From the IMG/VR virus record IMGVR_UViG_3300021376_000125, positions 1 through 42,407 of that record: DNA of 42,407 nt; one strand, 5' to 3'. Origin of the DNA: a virus. Taxonomy: Duplodnaviria > Caudoviricetes. Below are positions 1 to 8,456 of the stretch, piece after piece; the first letter of the stretch is position 1; each line of letters begins with the position of its first letter. Under the pieces are notes generated by a model. That model saw nothing but the letters and a program-made list of their open reading frames with translations. It searched no databases and had not been told where the DNA came from. The position numbers were made by a program, and so were the translations under genes.

Positions 1-2
1 AT

Positions 3-362
3 ATGAAAACTACTATCTTAGCGTTAATTTTGTTAATAGTTTCTTCAGTTTATGTTTTTAGTGAAGATGGTATTAAGCTAACTTTCTCAAAAAATTCGTC
101 TGGAGAATTAATCTTAACTGTAGAAGGCCATACTACCCCTGTTATTATTAGAATTGGAGATAATACAGTTACTCTTTATGTTGAAGAAAATAAAGTAAAT
201 CTTGCCGCCCTGGGTATTAATGAATTGACTGACATTTCTGTGGAAGAAGTAGATACTGCTGCAGGCTCTAAAGCTGTAGCCGACACTCAAGCCACAGCAG
301 CCCCTATACCCCCTGTTAATCCTCTCATTAGTCCAAATCCCTCTCTTACAACACCGTACTAG
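3..362 (+). CDS. hypothetical secreted/membrane protein
   Basis: 119 aa; N-terminal signal-peptide-like hydrophobic stretch, Pro/Thr-rich C-terminus. Confidence 0.65.
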   Translation: MKTTILALILLIVSSVYVFSEDGIKLTFSKNSSGELILTVEGHTTPVIIRIGDNTVTLYVEENKVNLAALGINELTDISVEEVDTAAGSKAVADTQATAAPIPPVNPLISPNPSLTTPY

Positions 363-390
363 TTGATTGTTTTATAATTTCCATTATATT
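363..390 (+). promoter_or_regulatory. sigma70-like early promoter for uvsE
   Basis: TTGATT-N16-TATATT, 6 nt before ATG 397; the same architecture recurs across the window. Confidence 0.6.
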
Positions 391-396
391 TGATTA

Positions 397-1311
397 ATGA
401 ACTTATCGCTATGCTGTCAAAGCAATGTGCTCAATGACAAAGGCATCAAGTTTAGAATGATGACTGTTACGCAGTTCAAAAAAAAACCCAGAGATGAAGC
501 TCTTAAAACTCTTTGTGAACGCATAATTATTAATTTTCAAACTCTTAAGACCACAGTTGAATTATGCAGAGATATGAATCTTGCAGGTTTGCGTATTGGC
601 AGTGACCTTATTCCAGTAATAAACCATCCGGATCTTAAACTAGATTTTCACTCATTACCCATGCACGATGAAATGATGCATGCTATAAATGAAGCAAAAA
701 TAGCTATGAAAAATTCAGGGTTGCGTTTTTCAGCTCATCCTTCTGAATTTATAAGTTTAACTTCTGAAAACCCCAAAGTAATTGCCAACAGTATTCGTGA
801 CTTAATTGCTCATGCACTTGTGTTTGAATTGCTTGATTTACCTGAATCATATGAAGCTCCTCTGAATATTCATATTCGCAAAGATGGTGATCCTGAAATA
901 ATCTATAGCAATGTGATGCAAAGCTTGAAACAATGTCCGACTTGCGTTACCAAACGCTTGGTATTTGAGAACAATGATAATAAGAAAGGTGTGTGGAGTA
1001 TAAAAAATCTTATTACTTATTTTCATGTTAGAGAGGGTATTCCTATTACATATGACAATTTACATCATGAAATGTTATCAGATGGTTTGAGCCACCGTCA
1101 AGCATTTGAAGCAGCATATGTGACTTGGCGCGGTACCATGCCTATCTTTCATTATTCAGAAGGTATTAACGGTACTCGCAAACATGCAGACTACGCTAAA
1201 AATTTGCCTTCAGATTATGGTTTGCCAGTTGTATGGGAAGTGGAATTGAAAGCCAAAGACAGAGCTATCAAGCGCATGCAGAAACAGTTGTTACTTGAAA
1301 GCAAGCAGTGA
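397..1311 (+). CDS. uvsE: UV DNA damage endonuclease (UvsE/UvdE)
   Basis: Motifs RIGSDLIP, SAHPSEFI, LVFENND, YDNLHH, FHYSEG, HADY, EVELKAKD typical of the UvdE TIM barrel. Confidence 0.92.
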   Translation: MNLSLCCQSNVLNDKGIKFRMMTVTQFKKKPRDEALKTLCERIIINFQTLKTTVELCRDMNLAGLRIGSDLIPVINHPDLKLDFHSLPMHDEMMHAINEAKIAMKNSGLRFSAHPSEFISLTSENPKVIANSIRDLIAHALVFELLDLPESYEAPLNIHIRKDGDPEIIYSNVMQSLKQCPTCVTKRLVFENNDNKKGVWSIKNLITYFHVREGIPITYDNLHHEMLSDGLSHRQAFEAAYVTWRGTMPIFHYSEGINGTRKHADYAKNLPSDYGLPVVWEVELKAKDRAIKRMQKQLLLESKQ

Positions 1312-2051
1312 ACCGCGTTCTTATTATTGATGCAACCAATTTGTTGTACCGCATTTATCATGTTCTAAGAAACACAAACAATGATGACATGGTAAGCGTT
1401 TACATGCGCAGCATTAACAAATATTTGCGCATGTTTGAACCAGATGTAACTTATGCAGTATCTGATAAACGACTAATACATGGCAAAAAGAATTATCGTC
1501 GTCAAGAGCAGAATTACAAACAAAATAGAGATAGTAGCATGTGGGAAACTGTGCATGCCGCAGAAGATGAAATTCATAATACCATGCAACAACAAGGTAT
1601 TCATCTCATGTTTCCAGGTATACTAGAAGCAGATGATGTAATAGCATTCCTTTGCAATTATTTAGAAGGTACAAAGACAATTGTATCTACTGATAACGAC
1701 ATGGCTCAATTAATTAACTCAAAGGTGGATCTATATTCGCCCATTAAAAAAATTGTGATTAATCTGCAAAATTTTGATCAATACTTTCCTGTATCAATAG
1801 ACAAATATTTATTATATAAGAGCATCATAGGTGATGCATCTGATAATATAGAAGGATTAGCAGGTTACGGTAAAGTTAAGGCAAAAAGATTATCAGAAAA
1901 TTATGAATCAGATTTTAATAAACTTTCTGTAGAGTTACAACAGCAACAACTCAACAACATGCGATTGATGAACTTGAATCAAGGTTTAATAGAGCATCCT
2001 GAAGAGCGTGATTGTTATTTACAACAGCTTGCTACTATTGATGATCAGTAA
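1308..2051 (+). CDS. 5'-3' exonuclease / T4 RNase H-like flap nuclease
   Basis: IIDATNL, YKQNR, EADDVI, STDNDMAQL, GDASDNIEGLAGYGKVKA (helix-hairpin-helix). Confidence 0.9.
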   Translation: MNRVLIIDATNLLYRIYHVLRNTNNDDMVSVYMRSINKYLRMFEPDVTYAVSDKRLIHGKKNYRRQEQNYKQNRDSSMWETVHAAEDEIHNTMQQQGIHLMFPGILEADDVIAFLCNYLEGTKTIVSTDNDMAQLINSKVDLYSPIKKIVINLQNFDQYFPVSIDKYLLYKSIIGDASDNIEGLAGYGKVKAKRLSENYESDFNKLSVELQQQQLNNMRLMNLNQGLIEHPEERDCYLQQLATIDDQ

Positions 2052-2493
2052 TATTAGCTGGAAGTGCCCAGTCATCAAGTACGAAACATTTCTCTATTTT
2101 AATTTTGTAAGTATCTTCCGTCCATTTTTTCATTATGTTAGTATAGTCTAATTTATTTCCTTTAATACCTACATACATAGTTCCATGATTAGTATCATAC
2201 ACCCACAATTTATTTTTATATTCAAATATACAAACGGCATGGCCAAAAACAAGTGCAGCTTTTTTACCATTTAAAATAATGTCATCTTCGTGTTTATAGG
2301 TATATCCAAAAATAGAGGAATAAATGTTAGGACTGGTTTCAGATTTTAAGACTAGGTTTGCTCTTGAAGCGTGAATTAGTGCTTCTAAAAAACAGGAATT
2401 TGGTAATTTAGTATAATCATAAGTTTTAAAAATACTGTTTTTACCTAGATGATAGCCAGTCTCCAAGCTTATGTAGACTGTTGTTAAAAACAA
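2035..2493 (-). CDS. hypothetical membrane-anchored protein, possibly transglutaminase/papain-like; true start may be ~2535
   Basis: Cys (NSCFLEA), His (GHAVC) and Asp (WVYD) in triad-like order; the frame stays open upstream through a basic-then-hydrophobic segment. Confidence 0.6.
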   Translation of the reverse strand: MFLTTVYISLETGYHLGKNSIFKTYDYTKLPNSCFLEALIHASRANLVLKSETSPNIYSSIFGYTYKHEDDIILNGKKAALVFGHAVCIFEYKNKLWVYDTNHGTMYVGIKGNKLDYTNIMKKWTEDTYKIKIEKCFVLDDWALPANITDHQ

Positions 2494-2580
2494 GCCTATT
2501 ACAGCAAACCATTTAAAAACACGCTTAAGTTTCGTACAATTATTTAGTGGTTTTATTATAGAGTCTGAATATAATAATAT

Positions 2581-3270
2581 ATGGGAATGTTCGATACAGT
2601 AGTAATAGAAAACTTAAAATTGCCTAATCTTCCAAAAGATGTTCAAAAATATCTCGATTTGTGTCAAGCTACTATCCCTTCTGAATTTCAAACAAAAGAC
2701 TTGGACAATCTACTTTCAACATATATTATAAATAATAAAGGCCAGATTTTTGTTACAGAGTATAAACCAACCGGTAAAAAAATATCTGCTGTATCTTTTA
2801 AAACTGGCTGGTTTAATAATAGATCCTTTCTAGAAAGGGTTTACTTTAAATTAAAAGCAAGAGGTCTTAATTATAAATACCCTGCTTCAAGATATGTAGC
2901 TGAGCGCAAGCCTGTACTAGTAAAAACATCATTTACTAATACATTTGAAATCTACACAAATGATATAATTTGCGGTAGATATGTTGAATTGAGTTTTTCT
3001 ATTACTGCTATTAAAGGTAAAGTTTCAAAAATAGAACTAAGAGGGGCAAAGATTGAATCTGAAAAAGATGCTAAAAAACGTATTAAACAACAAGAAAAGT
3101 GGGATACAGATAATAATATCAGACAAAAAAAGAAACATGAGTTTGTTTCAAAATGGTACTACCCTCTTCTTAAAGAAACATATAACCCATTAGTATTTTT
3201 CTCTATAAAAATCATACAATCTTTTTGTCATTTTATAATAAAACAGACGTATCGTTGGCATGGCGTATAA
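2581..3270 (+). CDS. hypothetical phage protein
   Basis: MGMFD...FQTKDLD N-terminus typical of uncharacterised phage proteins; TATAAT 5 nt upstream. Confidence 0.75.
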   Translation: MGMFDTVVIENLKLPNLPKDVQKYLDLCQATIPSEFQTKDLDNLLSTYIINNKGQIFVTEYKPTGKKISAVSFKTGWFNNRSFLERVYFKLKARGLNYKYPASRYVAERKPVLVKTSFTNTFEIYTNDIICGRYVELSFSITAIKGKVSKIELRGAKIESEKDAKKRIKQQEKWDTDNNIRQKKKHEFVSKWYYPLLKETYNPLVFFSIKIIQSFCHFIIKQTYRWHGV

Positions 3271-3280
3271 TAAATAATAC

Positions 3281-3496
3281 ATGTCAATTCAGTCAATAAA
3301 TTATCTTAAATCAAGATTTGAATCAGGTGATGCTCCAACTTCTGCAGATTTTACCAATTTAATTGATACTACTTATAATTTTCCAAATTCTGCTGCTTCA
3401 GTTACTACAGGGCTCACTTTAACCCAAACAACCTCAGGAATCTCTGTATTAGTGAACGGTGAAACCTTGTATATTCCTTTGTTTAGAGCTGTTTAA
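3281..3496 (+). CDS. small late protein, tail-fibre-N-terminus-like
   Basis: LKSRFESGDAPTSADFTNLID motif; AATAAATA 4 nt upstream of ATG. Confidence 0.6.
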   Translation: MSIQSINYLKSRFESGDAPTSADFTNLIDTTYNFPNSAASVTTGLTLTQTTSGISVLVNGETLYIPLFRAV

Positions 3497-3503
3497 ACTA
3501 CAG

Positions 3504-3532
3504 TTGATTATTACTATAAAATAGCATATAAT
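3504..3532 (+). promoter_or_regulatory. sigma70-like promoter
   Basis: TTGATT-N17-TATAAT, 5 nt before ATG 3538. Confidence 0.65.
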
Positions 3533-3537
3533 ACAGT

Positions 3538-3744
3538 ATGCAAATGTTAACAGTAAAATATTGTAATAATAAAAAAACATTTTATTTAAATTTGCCTAAA
3601 AATATTATTAAACATCTTGGATGTTCTATAAATGATAATATAGTCTTTAAAAATAATAAAGATGGTAGCTTCACTCTAACTAAAGTAAACAACACCACAA
3701 CAACTGGAGGCACCACGACAACAATAGACTGCATATTCAAATGA
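3538..3744 (+). CDS. AbrB/MazE/SpoVT-like small DNA-binding protein
   Basis: FYLNLPKNIIKHLGCSINDNIVFKNNKDGSFTLTK fits the swapped-hairpin pattern. Confidence 0.6.
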   Translation: MQMLTVKYCNNKKTFYLNLPKNIIKHLGCSINDNIVFKNNKDGSFTLTKVNNTTTTGGTTTTIDCIFK

Positions 3745-3980
3745 AATTTGGAATTAATATTAATGTCATTAAATTGTGGTACAACAATATTTTTATTACT
3801 TTGTATCTGCCTTTTGGCAAAGTTGGATTGTTTACCAATACCCCTGAAGAAGGTAATATATGGACAGGGATAAGCTTTCAATTAAAAACTGAATTAAGCT
3901 TCGAAAAATATGATTATGGTAAAATTTTTACAGCTGTCTTATTGGGGTTCGGGATTAGCATAACTAAAACACTGTACTAA
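3741..3980 (+). CDS. hypothetical protein
   Basis: ATGA overlap with the upstream gene. Confidence 0.6.
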   Translation: MKFGININVIKLWYNNIFITLYLPFGKVGLFTNTPEEGNIWTGISFQLKTELSFEKYDYGKIFTAVLLGFGISITKTLY

Positions 3981-3986
3981 AACACT

Positions 3987-4541
3987 GTGACTATTGATAA
4001 AAAAATAAACGATAAACTCGGGGAAAAAATTAATCAGATTATGGGCTCTGATGAACATATTTATTTTAAAAATAAATTTATAGATAAAATATGTCTTTTT
4101 GTTACTAGCTGGTATTATATATTAACTACAAACTTATATTTTAATATCAAATATTTTATTCAACGGCACACACGAGGGTTTGATGATTTAGACAAATGGA
4201 ATGCTGCATGGTATATTGCAAGAAAATCTATACCTGTTCTTACAGCTATGAGAAAGGAATTTCATGGTACCAGTATAAAGTGGCATAGAGAAGATAGGTT
4301 TGGTAATATAATTGAATTAACAAAAGATGAAGTATTTGTTGACGACGATATACCTGCAGCATTTACCGAAGAAGAATGGAAAAATATTCTTGATGATATT
4401 ATTTTTGCATTTAAATTTGTTTTAGATGAGGACGATTGTGGAGAAGAATTATTTAATGAACAAAATTATAAAGAAAGATATAAAAGACATAAAAGAGGGT
4501 TAAAATTATTAAGTATATATTTTGTAAATCTCTGGGATTAA
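3987..4541 (+). CDS. hypothetical phage protein
   Basis: 184 aa ending GLKLLSIYFVNLWD, a C-terminus common in a phage hypothetical family. Confidence 0.75.
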   Translation: MTIDKKINDKLGEKINQIMGSDEHIYFKNKFIDKICLFVTSWYYILTTNLYFNIKYFIQRHTRGFDDLDKWNAAWYIARKSIPVLTAMRKEFHGTSIKWHREDRFGNIIELTKDEVFVDDDIPAAFTEEEWKNILDDIIFAFKFVLDEDDCGEELFNEQNYKERYKRHKRGLKLLSIYFVNLWD

Positions 4542-4544
4542 TAT

Positions 4545-4778
4545 ATGAACAGGGAAGAGTATATGCTAGATTATCACAATAAATTATTACTAGATCATTA
4601 TCCAAAAATAAAATTTGAGACGTCGACATGTATAAACCCCGGGGATACAGATACAATAATTTCAAAAAACGAAGCAAAAAAAATTGGTGTTCTTACTAGA
4701 CATTTATTTGATGCATCCGGTGGTATTACACATGCTGTATTTTTTGAAAATAAATTCTACGAACGGATAAATGAATAA
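4545..4778 (+). CDS. hypothetical protein
   Basis: Tightly packed ORF in a + strand gene run. Confidence 0.6.
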   Translation: MNREEYMLDYHNKLLLDHYPKIKFETSTCINPGDTDTIISKNEAKKIGVLTRHLFDASGGITHAVFFENKFYERINE

Positions 4779-5062
4779 TGGACGTTGATTACAACTTAAA
4801 CTATAATCACATAGGAGAAAGGAGAAGATTTAAACTTTCAAAGAAAAGGCGATTAAAGGTAATAGACAGCTCTTCATGGACTGAAAATGATTTAAAAAAT
4901 CAATGGTATTTTAAAGACTATAAGTGCTTTTATATCGTAATATCTAAGTTTAATAAAGAAAAATTTTCCGTATCATGCTCAGGTGTTAATGTAGGAGATT
5001 ATAAAGATTTAGAAACTGCTAAAGTTGCCGCTTTAAGCTTTTGTGATAAAATAATAAGATGA
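4778..5062 (+). CDS. hypothetical protein
   Basis: TAATG coupling with the upstream ORF. Confidence 0.6.
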   Translation: MDVDYNLNYNHIGERRRFKLSKKRRLKVIDSSSWTENDLKNQWYFKDYKCFYIVISKFNKEKFSVSCSGVNVGDYKDLETAKVAALSFCDKIIR

Positions 5063-5136
5063 CTACATCAACAATATTAATATGTGCTGCAGTATTAATT
5101 TATATTTTTTATCTTCGTGAAAGATTTAAAGATTAA
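5059..5136 (+). CDS. small single-TM protein (25 aa, MTTSTILICAAVLIYIFYLRERFKD)
   Basis: Not in the ORF track; ATGA overlap with the upstream stop; hydrophobic core plus charged tail. Confidence 0.5.
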   Translation: MTTSTILICAAVLIYIFYLRERFKD

Positions 5137-5402
5137 GATTTTAGGTATTTTTCAATATTTTTCGTCAGAGCTAGTCTTCTTAGCCTCTGTCTTCTTTCTA
5201 AAGCTGTTACAAGAGTAGCTAGAGAAAGCGGAAAAAAGAATCTAAGAAAAAATCCCATATGATGCTCTCTGGTTAATTCATCAAAATAGTTCACGTATAA
5301 ATCATATATACCACTAAAAACAATAATCATAGCTGGGGCAAATAATACCCAGAATATTAGATTATAGCTTTTATTAAAATGGCTTTTAATTTTATCTAGC
5401 AT
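5133..5402 (-). CDS. hypothetical membrane protein (2 TM)
   Basis: Two hydrophobic segments; ACTAAGTA late-like box upstream. Confidence 0.65.
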   Translation of the reverse strand: MLDKIKSHFNKSYNLIFWVLFAPAMIIVFSGIYDLYVNYFDELTREHHMGFFLRFFFPLSLATLVTALERRQRLRRLALTKNIEKYLKS

Positions 5403-5413
5403 ATAATTACTTA

Positions 5414-5638
5414 GTGAACTATACCTTTAGAGATGTAACTTTGAACGAAGAAGAATTTTTTGAACTAAAACAATGTGTAGGTGAATTTCGTAGGATTTGT
5501 AGAGATCAAACGTATAGATATCTTAAAGGAGGGTATTTGAGTTCTGAAGATAAGGTAAGTAAGATGAGATATAATATATCAGAGACATTAGTATCGTTTT
5601 TAGGCGAAGTTGAGCGTAATAATAAAACTATAGAATGA
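5414..5638 (+). CDS. hypothetical protein
   Basis: 74 aa ORF overlapping the next gene by ATGA. Confidence 0.55.
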   Translation: MNYTFRDVTLNEEEFFELKQCVGEFRRICRDQTYRYLKGGYLSSEDKVSKMRYNISETLVSFLGEVERNNKTIE

Positions 5639-5838
5639 GGAGAGTATTTACCAAAATTTGGCTGATATGGTCCCGTACTATTGATCACAGAGTAGGGTTA
5701 ACAGATTGTGATAAGCCTGAAATACCTACTCTTAAAGTAAGAGATGCAAATATTAGTTTAATCATTCGTACTCTTATAGTTCTAATTAATATTATAACAT
5801 GCGGGTTTATTATTGCTAATATAATTCGACATTGGTAG
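5635..5838 (+). CDS. small membrane protein
   Basis: C-terminal TM ending NIIRHW, as in a common small phage family. Confidence 0.7.
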   Translation: MRRVFTKIWLIWSRTIDHRVGLTDCDKPEIPTLKVRDANISLIIRTLIVLINIITCGFIIANIIRHW

Positions 5839-5866
5839 TTGCTTTTCTGTTTCTATATCTTATACT
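5839..5866 (+). promoter_or_regulatory. sigma70-like promoter with no downstream CDS
   Basis: TTGCTT-N16-TATACT; predicted start ~5872-5873. Confidence 0.6.
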
Positions 5867-5872
5867 ACTATA

Positions 5873-5975
5873 GTTCACATTGATTGCTAGGTGGTTGTGT
5901 GCGAGGGTTGTGAACGTAATCGCCACCATATCCTAGCAAACGTTTTTCGGTGTCGTCGAAACCGCTATTTTTTTT
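5873..5975 (+). ncRNA. candidate structured (pseudoknotted) small RNA, family unknown
   Basis: Own promoter; TTGCTAGG/CCTAGCAA, TGGT/ACCA and GCGA/TCGC stems; loop TGTGAAC complementary to 5' GTTCACA; weak 3' hairpin plus T8. Confidence 0.55.
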
Positions 5976-6043
5976 ATTGTAGTAAAGCTATGGTGTTAGA
6001 TTGGGAGCATTACCCAACTTTTTAATACATGACCCAATAATAT

Positions 6044-6640
6044 TTAACCCAGGATATCTTTTCCTTCAGAGACTAATTGACGCATTTGTGATAGTGATCT
6101 ACCTGTCTTGTACTCAAAATGGGGATAATCTTTAAATTTTTTCCAGCTACCACCCCATTCTATATTATATTTTTCGGCTATTGTTGCCGCTTTACGATGA
6201 AAGGCTTCTGACTCAGAGGGGTTTATGCTGTCCAAATATTTACCGTTTTTAAAAACTCCCATATCAACCGCAATACCATAATTATGGTTACTATAGCCTG
6301 GTTTTGCATTTGTCACTATTTTACCAGGACTTGTCCTGCCCTGGGCATATATTTTAGCTTGCTCTTCCCATGTTCTGTTACCCGATATTGCTTTATATTC
6401 ATAGCCAAGGGTTTTTGCTAAGACTTGACTTTCAATAATCCAATTTGTAAAGATCTGTTGAACCTTCGAATGTAAAGTGGCAACATTTTTTGCACTACGC
6501 TCATCTAGTTGTGTCAATTTAGTATTGCTATTTAATATTAAAGGCATTGTTTTAACTGGTGGTTCTTGTTCTATAGGCTTGTAATTTTTACGATTATTAG
6601 TGTTTCTACGTAGATTATTATCTCTTGAAGACCACCCCAT
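6044..6640 (-). CDS. endolysin, peptidase M15 (L-Ala-D-Glu peptidase-like)
   Basis: SGNRTWEEQAKIYAQGRT, SNHNYGIAVD, WGGSW, DYPHFE; start moved to ATG 6640, directly after the upstream lipoprotein stop. Confidence 0.88.
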   Translation of the reverse strand: MGWSSRDNNLRRNTNNRKNYKPIEQEPPVKTMPLILNSNTKLTQLDERSAKNVATLHSKVQQIFTNWIIESQVLAKTLGYEYKAISGNRTWEEQAKIYAQGRTSPGKIVTNAKPGYSNHNYGIAVDMGVFKNGKYLDSINPSESEAFHRKAATIAEKYNIEWGGSWKKFKDYPHFEYKTGRSLSQMRQLVSEGKDILG

Positions 6641-6641
6641 A

Positions 6642-6788
6642 CTAGTCTCTAAATAATTGGCCAGTCGCCGCGTCCTCTGCAGACTGCATTGTAGGAACAT
6701 CAGAATATTTTGTCTGATATTCCTCTGATTCTTTTACTGGCACACATGAGCTTAGTAATATAGCGACTAGAAATACTAGTAGTTTCAT
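6642..6788 (-). CDS. small lipoprotein (48 aa)
   Basis: Not in the ORF track; MKLLVFLVAILLSSC lipobox; fills the gap between neighbours exactly. Confidence 0.7.
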   Translation of the reverse strand: MKLLVFLVAILLSSCVPVKESEEYQTKYSDVPTMQSAEDAATGQLFRD

Positions 6789-7201
6789 TTTATTAAATTT
6801 TTTGTTTTATCCCATAAAGAGTCTGACTCTACACCATCTTTTCGCCATGAATTTAATACGCCATAATAAACAAAATGTTGTGCATCTATTTTATAGAGAA
6901 CATTACCATGCTTATCTACGTAGTTTGAGATACCATCATTTTGTTTTAAATCAACACCTTTAAATTCTTTAAATCTTATCTTATATTGTTCTATTAAATT
7001 GTTATATCTATTAATACCGAATGTGGTAATTATACCGCTACCTTCGTCAGTAAACCCTATAATTCCAGAATTTAAATTGTCATAATTTACTGGTGTAGAT
7101 GAATCAAAAGACGCTGTATTGTCATTTACCTTATCAGGGGTAATTGTTGCACACCCAACAAGTAAAAAACTACTCAGATAAAAGCTTACGAAGTGTTTCA
7201 A
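6785..7201 (-). CDS. lipoprotein, possible o-spanin
   Basis: Lipobox LVGC; overlaps the 3' end of the upstream 65 aa gene. Confidence 0.65.
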   Translation of the reverse strand: MKHFVSFYLSSFLLVGCATITPDKVNDNTASFDSSTPVNYDNLNSGIIGFTDEGSGIITTFGINRYNNLIEQYKIRFKEFKGVDLKQNDGISNYVDKHGNVLYKIDAQHFVYYGVLNSWRKDGVESDSLWDKTKNLIK

Positions 7202-7367
7202 TGTCTTTTTCCTTAATTGCTTTTTCTAATTTATTTTGAAAGTCTGTCTCTTTTTGTTTAATCTGTCGGTCTTTCATTTCTTTAGTATTCTTATGACCAA
7301 AAAAATTGTTTATAGCTTGAAATATTCCAGAAATGGCGCCTATAATTGCTTCAGCTATACCAGGCAT
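7170..7367 (-). CDS. small membrane/coiled-coil protein, possible i-spanin
   Basis: Hydrophobic/amphipathic N-terminus plus charged helical tail; lysis context. Confidence 0.55.
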   Translation of the reverse strand: MPGIAEAIIGAISGIFQAINNFFGHKNTKEMKDRQIKQKETDFQNKLEKAIKEKDIETLRKLLSE

Positions 7368-7852
7368 TAGTTTACGTATTCGTCGGTAGCTGTCTTACAG
7401 CCCTTAGCAATTGCATTAAGAACATCAATACCAAGCTTTGCATCACCGTCAAGCTTTGTAAATTGTGCTGCATAGATATCTTTTACAACTGTAATATATT
7501 TGGCCCAGTGTGTTTTTTCAGCGGGAAGATAGTCCAATAAGGCCTTTTGTAATTGATCTGGTGTCGGAGTTGTTCCACGCGTTAAGCCTTCTACTATTGT
7601 TGCAACATGATTAATCATACGGGCCTTTTCTATTCTATCCTCTGAAGATACTGCTTGTTCTAAAACCACTGTACAAGCTAGAGTCACTGCTGGTGCAATA
7701 TAGGGTAGGGCATTTTCTACAGCCTGCCTAGGTGTAATTGTTGTGCCACCGGTCTGACTATCACCACCCGGGTTTGTTGTAGTACAACCCGCTAAAATTG
7801 TGACAAGAGCTAAAGGTAAAAATATATTCATAAAAATACTTAGTTTAATCAT
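7367..7852 (-). CDS. lipoprotein
   Basis: Lipobox LAGC, Gly/Thr linker, helical domain. Confidence 0.7.
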   Translation of the reverse strand: MIKLSIFMNIFLPLALVTILAGCTTTNPGGDSQTGGTTITPRQAVENALPYIAPAVTLACTVVLEQAVSSEDRIEKARMINHVATIVEGLTRGTTPTPDQLQKALLDYLPAEKTHWAKYITVVKDIYAAQFTKLDGDAKLGIDVLNAIAKGCKTATDEYVN

Positions 7853-8084
7853 TTAGTAATTCTACTTTTTTAGAATCTTTTTTCTCTTTTGTTCGACTAA
7901 TAGATTGATCAATAAATGCTCTTACAGCTATTAAACCTTGCAAAACAAAATTGGCAATAATAATTGCCAAAGAAATATCTGTAATTTCACTAAATGATTT
8001 ATATTGACCCAGATCTACCATAAATGCAGGTATAGCTGCAATTAAAAAATATAAAATAGCTCTAACCCAGGCACAATCTTTCAT
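7845..8084 (-). CDS. holin-like 2-TM protein
   Basis: Two TM segments and a basic C-tail; ACTAAATA box (8090-8097) 5 nt upstream of ATG 8084; heads the lysis run. Confidence 0.6.
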   Translation of the reverse strand: MKDCAWVRAILYFLIAAIPAFMVDLGQYKSFSEITDISLAIIIANFVLQGLIAVRAFIDQSISRTKEKKDSKKVELLND

Positions 8085-8147
8085 AAAATTATTTAGTCTT
8101 TCATTCATTCTATGTTGATTTATGGTATGCATATGTTATTATCAATG

Positions 8148-8364
8148 TATGAAAGGAGGAATGAATATGTCAATTGATTATACCAATAAGGATCTTCGGC
8201 CGAAGACGTTCTACGTTAAGATTGAGCGTTCTCGTAACGGTCAGTTTACCGTGAAGCGTGCTCGTGTTCTCGAGCCGAGGAATCAACATGCTACGCGCAT
8301 TCGCCGCGTGGATGCTCGTGATCTGACCCGCGCCATTCGCAGGAGCGGTTTGCAGGTTGCCTAA
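8148..8364 (+). CDS. small Arg-rich basic protein (start uncertain, ~8149/8161/8167)
   Basis: Strong AAAGGAGG SD before ATG 8161/8167, upstream TTGATT promoter, GC-richer codons, own terminator. Confidence 0.7.
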
Positions 8365-8394
8365 TTCCTCCGCCTGCGACGGTTTCGCAGATTT

Positions 8395-8424
8395 AAATAC
8401 CGAGGTAATACTCGGTATTTTTTT
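8395..8424 (+). terminator. Rho-independent terminator
   Basis: AAATACCGAG-gtaata-CTCGGTATTT followed by a T run. Confidence 0.85.
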
Positions 8425-8456
8425 GGCTTTTTATATAAATTTAGCTAATATTATGT

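Noticed and set aside
5873-5940. HDV-like/theta ribozyme or an 18-aa TTG-start peptide as the explanation for the ncRNA candidate
   Set aside because: Helix order partly resembles HDV P1/P2, but I cannot find P3/P1.1 or the catalytic C context; the peptide has no SD and a poorly positioned start
5990-6030. Hairpin TTGGG-agcatta-CCCAA as a second ncRNA
   Set aside because: Short stem, no promoter; more likely a weak terminator or chance
6641-6700. ORF-track N-terminal extension of the endolysin
   Set aside because: Overlaps the 48-aa lipoprotein gene; ATG 6640 follows that gene's stop directly
8085-8147. ORF-track starts at 8132(-) and 8122(+)
   Set aside because: They would overlap the divergent promoter region; better starts lie downstream of the promoter boxes
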